The position numbers and the translations under genes are program-made. From the NCBI GenBank assembly GCA_031414775.1, contig JANOQI010000048.1, positions 1-64,000 on the forward strand: DNA of 64,000 nucleotides, given 5' to 3'. This stretch comes from Synechococcales cyanobacterium VAR_4_metabat_354 (lineage in GTDB: Bacteria; Cyanobacteriota; Cyanobacteriia; Cyanobacteriales; Chamaesiphonaceae). Under the pieces are notes generated by a model that saw nothing but the letters and a program-made list of their open reading frames with translations, was not told where the DNA came from and did no database searches. Of this stretch, positions 32,595 through 42,037 are shown piece by piece (the stretch's first letter is position 1; each line of letters begins with the position of its first letter).

Positions 32595-34430
32595 TTACCG
32601 GAGTAATTTCAACACTTGCATCACAGTTTGATAGCCTTCTTGCCGATTTCCCCGTTGTTGATAGAGAGTAGCCGATTTTTGGAGAGAATTTTTAGCCTGA
32701 GGGCGATCACTTAAACCCACATAAGAAAATCCTTGTAAAGCATAGGAATCAGGCGAAGAAGAATTTATTTTGAGGGCTTGACTAGCATCGACTAACGATC
32801 GATCAAACTGTTTTTTAAATAGATAGTAAACGGAACGACCCTGGTAGGCAACTTCATTATTAGGGTTAATGCTCAAAGATTTTTCCACATCAGCCAAGCC
32901 CTTTTGGTATTCTTGCTGAGAAATATAAACCAGCCCTCGATAGGCATAGGCACTGTCGTAATTAGGTTTAAGCTCTAAGGCGCGATTAAAATGCTGAATG
33001 GCAGCGGCAAAATTCTTGAGTTCCATCTGAGCTTGGCCGCACAGACTATATCCAATCGGGTTCTTGGGACTGAGACTAACAGCCTTAGCTAAATCCGCGA
33101 GTCCAGTTTCTTTATTCCCCACCGCTACCGAGATAAAACCCCGGTAGGCATAGGCCAAGAAACTATCAGGATTGATTTGGAGGGCACGATTAAAATCGGC
33201 GACCGAACCAGCTCGATCACCAGTGAGATATTTAGCGGCGGCGCGCACACTATAACCATCGCCCAGATTAGGATCAATTTTGAGAGCTTGGTTGATCGAT
33301 CGAATAGCTTTTTTCGGATCGGCATACTGCAACTCGGTAAAGCCCCGATACAGATAGCTACGCGGATTGCGGGGATTAATTGCGATCGCTTTAGCCAAGT
33401 CAGCAAAGGCTCCGACCACATCCCCCCGACCAGTTTTACCGGCTCCGCGCAGAGCATAGGCTTCATCAGAATTGGGCTTGTACTTTAGAGCCAAGTTGGC
33501 ATCCCGAATTAATTCTGGGGAGTTATCCAAAAAAAGATTAGCTTCAGCTCTAGCAATATAAGCAGCCACGTAGTTTGGTCTGGTGGCAATGGCGCGATCT
33601 AAGTTCTCGATCGCACCGGGATAGTCGTTTTGACGAAATTGATTAGCCGCCGCCACAAAGAAATCGTCGGCAGTAGTACTACGATTTGAATTAACTGTAA
33701 CGACCGGAGGCACAACACTACCACCAAAGTTGACACCCATTTTACTAGCTAGCTGTCGGAAGGTATTTACCGGAATGCCCAGGTTAAAGCCAGTTTTCAC
33801 CCAGACACTGGCGTTTATTTCGGACTGTTTAGTTTGTTCTTGGGCATCGCCTTTGCCATGAATAGCAATTAATTCGCCACGCTCATTGAGCACTGGACCA
33901 CCACTCATACCGGGCAAAGTATTGCAGCTATAAACGATCGAGTAGCCATTGGCAAAAGGCTTAGAACTATTGGCCGTGATTTTGCCATCACTGAAGGTAT
34001 ATACCGATTGGGTAATAGCCGCAGTAGCCACTGGAAATCCGGCTACATAGGCAGCACTGCCTTCCTCGGCGGTGTTAGAATCACCAATTTTAATAACTGA
34101 GTAATTAACATCACTCTGAAACTGCACCACCGCCAAATCGAGATTGCCACTGGGTGCCAACTGGCGCTTGCTCACCGGATAGGTTTGCCCATCGCTGAGT
34201 TCGATCTGATACTGGCGGTTGGCCTTTTTGACCACATGAGCAGCCGTCAATACCGTGTAGGTATTACCAATACGATTAATAATTGCGCCAGAACCCTGCA
34301 CCCCGGGGGTAGTGATCGACACCGTGACCGCCTTGGCGATTTTGGCTACTTCCGTGGAAGAAATCGCTGCTGCTGGCAAAGTGATCACAAGAGGAGCAAC
34401 AATTCCCAAGAGGACTGGCCAAGTTTTCAT
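32595..34430 (-). CDS. Exported trypsin-like serine protease with TPR repeats
   Basis: Signal peptide; catalytic triad LTAAH, DLAV, GMSGGP; about 10 TPRs. Confidence 0.92.
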   Translation of the reverse strand: MKTWPVLLGIVAPLVITLPAAAISSTEVAKIAKAVTVSITTPGVQGSGAIINRIGNTYTVLTAAHVVKKANRQYQIELSDGQTYPVSKRQLAPSGNLDLAVVQFQSDVNYSVIKIGDSNTAEEGSAAYVAGFPVATAAITQSVYTFSDGKITANSSKPFANGYSIVYSCNTLPGMSGGPVLNERGELIAIHGKGDAQEQTKQSEINASVWVKTGFNLGIPVNTFRQLASKMGVNFGGSVVPPVVTVNSNRSTTADDFFVAAANQFRQNDYPGAIENLDRAIATRPNYVAAYIARAEANLFLDNSPELIRDANLALKYKPNSDEAYALRGAGKTGRGDVVGAFADLAKAIAINPRNPRSYLYRGFTELQYADPKKAIRSINQALKIDPNLGDGYSVRAAAKYLTGDRAGSVADFNRALQINPDSFLAYAYRGFISVAVGNKETGLADLAKAVSLSPKNPIGYSLCGQAQMELKNFAAAIQHFNRALELKPNYDSAYAYRGLVYISQQEYQKGLADVEKSLSINPNNEVAYQGRSVYYLFKKQFDRSLVDASQALKINSSSPDSYALQGFSYVGLSDRPQAKNSLQKSATLYQQRGNRQEGYQTVMQVLKLLR

Positions 34431-34489
34431 GATTATCGTTGAATTTATTATTCTTGACGGATAGCTGAACTATTATGTTTCACTGGTTT

Positions 34490-35497
34490 TTAGTGATTGG
34501 TTGCCATCAAACTAGAACGCAGTGTCACAATCTGGCAAATAGCAATCGATCGAGTTTGTAAAGCCATTTCTGGTTCTTGACCTTGCTTGAGGGATAACTC
34601 TAGCAGTAACAGTTCTGGTAAGATTTGCCGCAGTTGCCCCACCGAAATTTTCTGTAAATCCTGGCGTAGAAAGTAGAGCCGCTTGGGGTTGCCGATTTCG
34701 GCTTCCTTGGCAATTTCTTCGTCTGAAGCACCGGACTCAGTAAGTATTTTAACCCATAGCCATGTCCGAAACTGTCCCACCAAGGTGGCCACAATTTTCA
34801 GCGCCGGTTCGTTCCGTTGGATCAAAGCATGAATCAAACTCAAGCTACTACCCACATCGCCCTGACGCAAGGCATTGGCTAGTTGTAAACTATTCTGGGT
34901 AGTGGCCATCACCAAACTGCTCACTTCGGTAGCAGTCAGCGGAGTGGGTCGCTCGTAGGCAAATAAACTTAGTTTGGTAAGTTCGGTGTGTAGCTGCCGA
35001 GTATTGTTGCCGATCGATTCCGCTAATAGATCGATCGCTTCTTTGGTGAGATTGACTCCTAGTTTTTGGGCGAGCTGTTTGACCTGTTGGCCAATTTCGG
35101 CTGTTTTCCAGGGTGGGAGCAGGGCAAACTCCCGCACGGTCGCCTGTTTTTGAATAAATTTACTAGCTTTTAAGCGACCATCGGGCTTATTGACACTGGT
35201 TAAAAGTAAGATAGTGGTCGCGGGTATGTCGGGTAAGGTGCGCTCTAGCTCGGCCAAGATGCTCTCACTGCATTGGCTTACAACGTGAGTATTAACTAGC
35301 CAGATCAACCGCTGCCCGCTACCAAAGGGCGGTGTCATGGCCTGATTTAAGGCTTGAATGGTGCCCGCTGGTTGTTCACCGGCAATTTTTTCGTAATTGA
35401 AACTTGCCCAAGCCGCATCTATGGTGTTTTTTTGGAGTTCGATCGCCGCTTGGTTGAGCGCGAATTCATCATCTCCCCAGTACAGCAAAATCGGCAT
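34490..35497 (-). CDS. holA: DNA polymerase III subunit delta
   Basis: MPILLYWGDDEF, AMTPPFGSG.RL, KPDGRLK, NPKRLYFL. Confidence 0.93.
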   Translation of the reverse strand: MPILLYWGDDEFALNQAAIELQKNTIDAAWASFNYEKIAGEQPAGTIQALNQAMTPPFGSGQRLIWLVNTHVVSQCSESILAELERTLPDIPATTILLLTSVNKPDGRLKASKFIQKQATVREFALLPPWKTAEIGQQVKQLAQKLGVNLTKEAIDLLAESIGNNTRQLHTELTKLSLFAYERPTPLTATEVSSLVMATTQNSLQLANALRQGDVGSSLSLIHALIQRNEPALKIVATLVGQFRTWLWVKILTESGASDEEIAKEAEIGNPKRLYFLRQDLQKISVGQLRQILPELLLLELSLKQGQEPEMALQTRSIAICQIVTLRSSLMATNH

Positions 35498-35549
35498 AGT
35501 AGTAAATATATTCAGAAAATGACTGTGTGAGCATCCAACCAATGGTTGC

Positions 35550-38141
35550 CTAAGATTTGACGGATATCTCAGTTTCTACCTGAGTCGGAATTTGAACTGT
35601 GGCGATCGATGTATAAATCGGTATATTCGTATCTACTGCTTCAAAGCTGACTACTAGGGCATAGGGTACAGTGGCACTGGGATCGTTATTCCACCCTTCA
35701 TGTCCAACGACGGCAATACAGAAGGACTCGCGCAAGTCGTATGATTTGACGATCGCCCAGTCTTTTTGTAACGTTCCCTCCTGCCTGGATACATTATCTG
35801 CCTGTCCCCAATTTTTCCGTTTGTTCAAAACCCAATTAAAGATATCCTTGCCTTTTTTCTGTGATTCTGGTAGGGCATCATAATTTTTAAGTACTCGCTC
35901 TAGAAATCTCACAGGATCTTCACCTTTATCGCTACATTCCCAATCTAACCATGTGGACAGGTACTTTCTTCGAGCGCGGCGGGTGCGTCGAGGTTGGGCT
36001 TTATAAGAAAGTGTGACTTCAATCCGAATGTCTAAATCCTCTCCAGGCGATCTCAATCCGTCTGGTAGGCTGACTTCGTAAATTTGTGCTTGACGGGCAG
36101 CAATCCGCCGTTCTCCTCTAGCAATTAGCGTAATTCGGTTATTGGAATTACCCAAGGCTCGATCTAGATTGGGAATACCATAGCCCAGCAACCGAATGGC
36201 ACTGTAGAGATCGAAATTGGTAGTTTCTACCCAGCTAGGGAGTCGGGCTGACTGTACGATTAACGCTCGATATAGCAAGCAGCTTTCATTGGGTAATTCA
36301 GCCGCCAGACAAGCGGCAATATGAGCTACTTTGGGAGCCGCGTAAGAAGTTCCGATACAATCGCGGGCTGACATCGGCCCACCATTTAAGGTGGAACGAA
36401 CCAGATCGGGACAGACTTCTGGGGGATATGTCAGACTGGGTGGTGTGCCGCCATCGGAGACAAGATCGCCGCCATACTCGACCACTTCTGGTTTAATCGA
36501 ATCCCATATTCCCAAACCCGTGCAGGAGAAAGAAGATGGATAGTCTTGCTGGGCGATCGATTTTCTCGATAAATCTCTGAAAGTTTGCAGGGAGACAGAG
36601 CCGACAGTCAGAGCTTGAAAACTTTGAGCGGGATTGGGGACTCGGCAAGAATCGCTTAGGAGGTAATCTGGATGAAGTTTGCCTTGTTGTAAGCGATCTC
36701 GAACTGATAATCTGGAATTACCTAAGCTTCCATCGATCGGGAGATTGCCTGCGGCTACGATAAATAAAATATCGTATTCCCATGATAAATTATCGATTTC
36801 GGCTGCCCACGCGCTCATATATTGAGTGCGACAGGGAGTGCTTCCAGCGATCGAATGGTTAAAAATCCGCGTTCCTCTTTCACCTTGATAAAATTTGACG
36901 ATGTTCGAGATAAGGGCTGGAGGAAATAGGGATTTTGATAAACGACAGTCTCGATCGAGTACGCGAGCATTTTGCAGCCAGCAGACAGCCTGTTGTTGTC
37001 CGCTAGTGGGGATTAGATTCGGATATAAGACCGCTCCAGCGACACGGGTACCATGTCCACCATTTTTGACAAAATCGGCGGTCAAATCGGTTTCATTGGG
37101 CACCCACGATCGAGAATCGTTTTCTATAATTGCCGATGCTAATAATGGGTGTTTTTCTTGGATACCACTATCGATAACGCAAACTTTGGGTGCGTTTCGA
37201 TCTGGTGCTTCTAGAGAGAAAGATATTTCGATTTCTTCTAGTTGTGTTTCCGCAGATGAATCATCCCCAACATCATCTGGCAGACTGACATCAAAGACGT
37301 AGGGAAAGTTCAAAACTAGATCTCTCAAACCCCTGCCAGAGATACTGATTCGACAGGAGAAGCTATCGGGTAGCTCGGTATGAGTGATGATTTCACCATC
37401 AGTGATATCTAGCAATTCTCCCTGGTATTCCCGCACAAAGAGATCGAATTCATCTTCACGATTACTCTTAATCTCATCCCATTGCTGATATGTTAAATCG
37501 CGTTCTTCCATCCATCGTTGAGTAATGGTCAGATCCTTTTCCTGACTGCGATTTTCATTTGGTTTAGGATAGGCTCGTAGTTGCGACTTCTCTCCGACGC
37601 AGGCAATACCAACATCTACGGTATATAGTCGATCGTCTTCAATTTGACCCCATTGCGCTTGCAATTCTGGAGCAAGGATATATTCAGGTCTTTTCGTCCC
37701 ATCGAGGATCTCCCAAATTTCTGGGACTTTGCCGCCCCCACGCTCTTGATTGAGAAATTGCTCGATCTTCTTCTGTAAATCTGTAAATTGATGATCTGCT
37801 GATGCTCCGAGAATATATCCATGCTCTAGTTCGGCAATTACTTCAATCCCATATTTACGAAGTTCTTCTGCATCAAAGGCATTTGGATCGATCTGCAAAA
37901 TCAACGGAACAGCCTCTGGTAATTCTGGCTTCTGTTCTTGTTTTCGTTCTACTAATTGCTCATGCCAATCTGAGATAATTCCTGAGACTGAACCCTTGAG
38001 TTTGTTGCCATGCCCCCAACTATCGCCCAAATTAGCTTGAGTTTTCGGTGTTTTTTCTCTAGGAAAGGTCGTGAAGGATGCTGTTCCTTCGGTAGCAAAT
38101 TTGAGTTCGATGTGGGGAAACGATCTATTGGCTTCGTTCAT
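35550..38141 (-). CDS. S8 (subtilisin-like) peptidase, IetS/Y4bN-type
   Basis: Triad VCVIDSG, HGTRVAG, GTSYAAP; oxyanion AAGN; GYGIP; no signal peptide; follows an AAA ATPase. Confidence 0.92.
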   Translation of the reverse strand: MNEANRSFPHIELKFATEGTASFTTFPREKTPKTQANLGDSWGHGNKLKGSVSGIISDWHEQLVERKQEQKPELPEAVPLILQIDPNAFDAEELRKYGIEVIAELEHGYILGASADHQFTDLQKKIEQFLNQERGGGKVPEIWEILDGTKRPEYILAPELQAQWGQIEDDRLYTVDVGIACVGEKSQLRAYPKPNENRSQEKDLTITQRWMEERDLTYQQWDEIKSNREDEFDLFVREYQGELLDITDGEIITHTELPDSFSCRISISGRGLRDLVLNFPYVFDVSLPDDVGDDSSAETQLEEIEISFSLEAPDRNAPKVCVIDSGIQEKHPLLASAIIENDSRSWVPNETDLTADFVKNGGHGTRVAGAVLYPNLIPTSGQQQAVCWLQNARVLDRDCRLSKSLFPPALISNIVKFYQGERGTRIFNHSIAGSTPCRTQYMSAWAAEIDNLSWEYDILFIVAAGNLPIDGSLGNSRLSVRDRLQQGKLHPDYLLSDSCRVPNPAQSFQALTVGSVSLQTFRDLSRKSIAQQDYPSSFSCTGLGIWDSIKPEVVEYGGDLVSDGGTPPSLTYPPEVCPDLVRSTLNGGPMSARDCIGTSYAAPKVAHIAACLAAELPNESCLLYRALIVQSARLPSWVETTNFDLYSAIRLLGYGIPNLDRALGNSNNRITLIARGERRIAARQAQIYEVSLPDGLRSPGEDLDIRIEVTLSYKAQPRRTRRARRKYLSTWLDWECSDKGEDPVRFLERVLKNYDALPESQKKGKDIFNWVLNKRKNWGQADNVSRQEGTLQKDWAIVKSYDLRESFCIAVVGHEGWNNDPSATVPYALVVSFEAVDTNIPIYTSIATVQIPTQVETEISVKS

Positions 38142-38166
38142 GCTAAAGGTAGATGCAGCTCAACTT

Positions 38167-39180
38167 TTAAGTACGGGAGATTTCTTGAATGGCGGCTTCA
38201 AGATGCTCTGGAATTACAAGTTCTTCTCGATCAAGAATAGCCCGTTTAGCAGCATCTTGAGCTACCCGTACAGCTTGCGCGGAGGAAAATCCTTGCATTT
38301 TTGCGACGATCGAGTGCCAATCGATCGAGCCTTTTTCCATCGTAATTAAGGTTTGTTTGAGCAGTGCTTCTAGTTCTATTGCTGTTGGCTTAGGAACTTC
38401 GATCGCATCATCAAATCTGCGCCACACTGCCATGTCCAGGGATTTATCGAGGTTAGTAGCAGCAACAAGTAAGCCAGAGGAGGTATTATATTCATCCAAA
38501 ATTTGGAGGAAAGTATTCACCACCCGCTTCATCTCGCCAACCTCATTGTTATCTTCGCGAGATTTAGCCAGAGAGTCACATTCATCAAGAAATAGCAGGC
38601 AAGGGTTTTTGCTAGCCACCTCAAAGATTTCTCGCAGATTAGTAGCAGTTTCTCCTAGATAAGAAGATACCATCGTGTCAAAGCGCACTTTGAGCAGGGG
38701 CAAACCAGTATTCCAAGCTAGTCGCTCGGCACTCATTGTTTTGCCACAACCAGGTAGTCCATACAGCAGAATCTTTTGCTTATAACTAAAGCCATGATGC
38801 GCTAGTCGATCGCGGGCTGCATATTCGCGCTCAATTCTCTGGAAGCGCTGTTCAACTTCTGCCGACAAGATAGTATGATGCCTAAGTTTCTCTCGGGGAA
38901 TTTCCGTTACGAGAGGGAGTTGCGATCTTTTGCTATTCGGAAGTTCAGTTAAAGATTGTAGTTTGCTTACCGAAGCAATTGCACTTGTACTACTTTTGTT
39001 GTCACTGCCAGCCGCCGAGCTTCTAGATTTAGACTTGGTAATACTTTCCAGTTGCTCGGCAAGAATAGTATGTCCTTTTTTTCGCTCTTCTTGAACTATT
39101 GCATTCAAGAGCTTACCCACCGCCACGTCATCATCAGTGGCGATTGCTCTAAATACTCTTTTAAGCAGATCGGCTTTCAC
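38167..39180 (-). CDS. AAA+ ATPase, IetA-type
   Basis: Walker A GLPGCGKT, SSYLGET, Walker B FLDECD, GEMKRVVN, ATN...LD.AVWRRFD; GTG start. Confidence 0.93.
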   Translation of the reverse strand: MKADLLKRVFRAIATDDDVAVGKLLNAIVQEERKKGHTILAEQLESITKSKSRSSAAGSDNKSSTSAIASVSKLQSLTELPNSKRSQLPLVTEIPREKLRHHTILSAEVEQRFQRIEREYAARDRLAHHGFSYKQKILLYGLPGCGKTMSAERLAWNTGLPLLKVRFDTMVSSYLGETATNLREIFEVASKNPCLLFLDECDSLAKSREDNNEVGEMKRVVNTFLQILDEYNTSSGLLVAATNLDKSLDMAVWRRFDDAIEVPKPTAIELEALLKQTLITMEKGSIDWHSIVAKMQGFSSAQAVRVAQDAAKRAILDREELVIPEHLEAAIQEISRT

Positions 39181-39249
39181 AGGGCAGTAAACAGACTTAA
39201 CATTGCTTTATCTTAGCTAAATAGTGCCCCTTGAATTCCATAAAGCAAC

Positions 39250-39282
39250 AAAACAATAAAGGCGCACCGAAGTACACCTTTA
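39250..39282 (-). terminator. Rho-independent terminator after tRNA-Glu
   Basis: Minus strand TAAAGGTGTAC-TTCG-GTGCGCCTTTA followed by TTGTTTTGTT. Confidence 0.75.
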
Positions 39283-39298
39283 CTTTTTTCACTTTAAA

Positions 39299-39371
39299 TA
39301 CCCCCAAGGGAAGTCGAATCCCTGTCGCCTCCGTGAAAGGGAGGTGTCCTAGGCCACTAGACGATGGGGGC
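39299..39371 (-). tRNA. tRNA-Glu(TTC)
   Basis: GCCCCCATCGTCTAGTGGCCTAGGACACCTCCC-TTTCACG-GAGGCGACAGGGATTCGACTTCCCTTGGGGGTA. Confidence 0.97.
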
Positions 39372-39392
39372 CTGTGTTTTTGCACATCTCTA

Positions 39393-39421
39393 AATCTAGA
39401 TGATGTTTAAAGTAATGTCAA
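39393..39421 (-). promoter_or_regulatory. Sigma70-type promoter of tRNA-Glu
   Basis: Minus strand TTGACA-N17-TAGATT. Confidence 0.75.
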
Positions 39422-39483
39422 CTACTAAAAAAATGTTGGCGCTCAATCAACTGTTTGTCGTAATGTCAACTAGCATAATCCAG

Positions 39484-40065
39484 TCATTTATCGGGTGGAA
39501 TGCCATAACGCAGAGCTGATAAGCGGGCTTGGGCTACTGGATCAAGGGAGTTGAACAAAAATCGGCCACTGGTTTGACGTTTAGTCTTTTGTTTTTGGCG
39601 CGATCGACTGGAACTAGATTCGACCCTGTGAACTAGTTGGAGAGCCGACATCCACTCCGCACCAAAGCCCCCGACGGTTAATTGTTGCGCTCGATCGGAG
39701 GTGGCAACAACTAATCTGGTTTTGGCGGTGGTGTTACCTTTATGGCGGGCACAGAATTTTTCGATGTAGGTATCGGCTGTTTCTCGAAACTCGGTGTAGT
39801 AGACAGAGAGGTTGGGGGTGATAACTTCGTGGTGCGCAGGCGTATCGCGACTATGGGCATCAAACACCAATTGAGTATCGTAACCTTCAAAAGCACTGAA
39901 GTTGACTAATTCTTCGATTAATTTATTTCTGGCTGCTGATAAATCGCTAGCACTTCTGAGCTGGAGCGGTGTTTCATCGTCAGGATCGGGGTACAGGTCT
40001 GCCCAAAGGCCGATGACGTTATATCCGTCAACGAGCAACATTACTTCTTGGCGTTTGGGAGCCAT
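39484..40065 (-). CDS. NYN domain protein (YacP/Rae1 family)
   Basis: LLVDGYNVIG, LVFDA, ETADTYIEK, VATSD. Confidence 0.9.
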   Translation of the reverse strand: MAPKRQEVMLLVDGYNVIGLWADLYPDPDDETPLQLRSASDLSAARNKLIEELVNFSAFEGYDTQLVFDAHSRDTPAHHEVITPNLSVYYTEFRETADTYIEKFCARHKGNTTAKTRLVVATSDRAQQLTVGGFGAEWMSALQLVHRVESSSSRSRQKQKTKRQTSGRFLFNSLDPVAQARLSALRYGIPPDK

Positions 40066-40163
40066 AACTTCACTTACTTACAAGGACTAACCGAATTTCA
40101 AAAGATGTTCATATATCTTAAGATTTTTTGGGCTGGTTTTGGGGATAAAGATTACAAACGTTG

Positions 40164-40469
40164 CTACCGCCAGCGATCGCGCTCTAAGTCGTACAGGACT
40201 TTTTCCCAATGCCACTGCTCTGGTCGATCGGAATTCTTAAACCGAGATTGTTCTAGCAATCGATCGATAGTTTTTTTGTTGCCACCAAGTAATCTGGTGA
40301 GCTTGGTTTGGGTCTGTCGATCGACCTTTCCCAGGGGCTGAGATGAATTAAAATCACCCATCGATTTTTTAAACCGAGCAACAGCTTTCTTTCTGGAAAT
40401 GAAGCGTTGCATCGCATACACCCCCATCAGGGCGATGCCCAACAAAATGATTATGCCAGCAGTACTCAT
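40164..40469 (-). CDS. Hypothetical membrane-anchored protein
   Basis: N-terminal TM segment; C-terminal W.WEKVLYDLERDR motif. Confidence 0.75.
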   Translation of the reverse strand: MSTAGIIILLGIALMGVYAMQRFISRKKAVARFKKSMGDFNSSQPLGKVDRQTQTKLTRLLGGNKKTIDRLLEQSRFKNSDRPEQWHWEKVLYDLERDRWR

Positions 40470-40615
40470 AATGCTTTGGTATCGATCGATTAAAAAATCT
40501 ACTATCTAATTTTAATCTACCCCAGTAGTCTACGAAAATTAGTCTCACTAACTGGGGAGGATGTCATCTAAGTCTATGATGTTGACTGACGTTCCAGATT
40601 TTTCTTCAAAGCATT

Positions 40616-41173
40616 ATGAATGTTGGCCGTTTAATCGTCCTGACTGGACCCAGTGGTGTCGGCAAAGGTACTTTGTTGAAGGAATTGCTCCAGCGTCATC
40701 CCGAGCTGTACATGTCTATTTCGGCTACTACTCGTCCACCTCGATCGGATGAAGTTGATGGCATAAATTATTATTTTCGGACGCGCGATCAGTTTACAGA
40801 AATGATTGCCGCTGGTGACTTGCTGGAATGGGCAGAATTTGCCGGTAATTACTATGGCACTCCGACCCAACCAGTCCAGGAGCAGATTAATCAAGGTCGA
40901 TCGATCATTCTGGAAATTGAGTTACTAGGGGCACGGCAGGTAGCCAAGATTTTTCCGGAATCTCTGAAGATTTTTATATTACCGCCCAGTGTAGCGGCAT
41001 TAGAAGCTCGAATTCGGAACCGGGGCCAAGATCCAGAAGCTGCAATCATCCAAAGATTAGAACGCGCTCAGGCTGAGATCGAGGCCGCTGGCGAATTCGA
41101 CTTGCAAATTGTCAATGACGACTTGCAAGTTGCTCTAGAGCAAATTGAAGCCGCTATTTTCCAGAAACTTTAA
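40616..41173 (+). CDS. gmk: Guanylate kinase
   Basis: GPSGVGKGT, SATTRPPR..EVDG..YYF, GNYYGT. Confidence 0.97.
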   Translation: MNVGRLIVLTGPSGVGKGTLLKELLQRHPELYMSISATTRPPRSDEVDGINYYFRTRDQFTEMIAAGDLLEWAEFAGNYYGTPTQPVQEQINQGRSIILEIELLGARQVAKIFPESLKIFILPPSVAALEARIRNRGQDPEAAIIQRLERAQAEIEAAGEFDLQIVNDDLQVALEQIEAAIFQKL

Positions 41174-41544
41174 CCCCAGCTATCTAAATCCAGCGCTTGG
41201 GAACCGCCTTGATCCAGTTCTTTTAAAACTCCCTTGAGCTGTAGCCACAAGAAGACAGCTGTAAATAAGGTCAGTGGAATTGCCAGACCGGCAGCGATCG
41301 TATCGGGCAAGCCAAAAATTGACATGCCCGAAGTCAAAAACATGCCGATGCCGCAGGCAATCCCCACAAAAGGCAACTTGAGAGTGATGTTATCTAACGA
41401 AGTGAGGCTGATGTTCACCCGATCGACAGACCAGGCTTTAACATAGCGCTTGAGAGTGGAATCAAAGGCCGATCCACAGGACAAGCCAATGAATAGACCG
41501 GCAAAGAGCAGAAAATAGGGCGGGTCACTAGGAAAGTAATACAA
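41170..41544 (-). CDS. Conserved cyanobacterial membrane protein
   Basis: Likely TTG start after a GGAG RBS: (M)YYFPSDPPYFLLFAGL...GGSQALDLD. Confidence 0.75.
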   Translation of the reverse strand: MYYFPSDPPYFLLFAGLFIGLSCGSAFDSTLKRYVKAWSVDRVNISLTSLDNITLKLPFVGIACGIGMFLTSGMSIFGLPDTIAAGLAIPLTLFTAVFLWLQLKGVLKELDQGGSQALDLDSWG

Positions 41545-41557
41545 ACAAAACTCCAGG

Positions 41558-41751
41558 AAATGGCTGATGGTGATCACACTGGCCATGAGATATTTTTATC
41601 TTATGAGCCTGAGACATATCTTAAATTTAGAGCAATCGACTGGGCAAATCAATTTGAATCTTCTTTAGGTATGGTGAAGCGATCGCAACTCATTACCAGA
41701 GGAATCGGGGGTTTAGTTTTACGAAGGTTGGTACTAGTTACCAGCCTTTTT
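41558..41751 (+). repeat. Copy 1 of a ~195-bp tandem non-coding repeat (candidate sRNA gene)
   Basis: Aligns by eye with 41823-42017; ends in the hairpin AAGGTTGGTA-CTAGT-TACCAGCCTTTTT. Confidence 0.9.
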
Positions 41752-41822
41752 CATTGGCTTGAGATTAAGATCCTCGATCGCTTCGCTAATCATTTTAGAG
41801 ATCCAGGGTGCGTAAATACTGC

Positions 41823-42017
41823 AAATGGCTGAGGGTGATTAAATAGGAATGAGATATATTTATCTTGTGAGCCTGATGCAGATAGTGAATTTTAAGCAAT
41901 CAGCCAGGTCATTCAATTTGAATCTTCTTTAGGTATTGTGAAGCGATAGCAACTCATTACCGGGGGAATCGGGGTTTAGTTTTGCTAAGGTTGGTACTAG
42001 TTACCAGCCTTTTTTTT
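41823..42017 (+). repeat. Copy 2 of the ~195-bp tandem non-coding repeat (candidate sRNA gene)
   Basis: Aligns by eye with 41558-41751; identical terminator hairpin followed by a longer T run. Confidence 0.9.
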
Positions 42018-42037
42018 CGTTTTAAGCTATATCCCCT

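Noticed and set aside
32595..34430. Trypsin-TPR protease as part of the ietAS defence locus
   Set aside because: It is an exported, common cyanobacterial family and is separated from the locus by the core gene holA.
35498..35549. att-site duplication bounding the ietAS islet
   Set aside because: No copy of the tRNA-Glu 3' end is visible between the protease and holA.
39197..39385. 62-aa ORF upstream of the AAA ATPase as a third system gene
   Set aside because: It overlaps tRNA-Glu and its terminator.
39412..39472. Direct repeat GTAATGTCAACTA x2
   Set aside because: It is the tRNA -35 box plus an upstream duplicate without a good -10; no further structure.
41560..41832. 90-aa plus-strand ORF over repeat copy 1
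   Set aside because: It runs through a terminator and is disrupted in copy 2.
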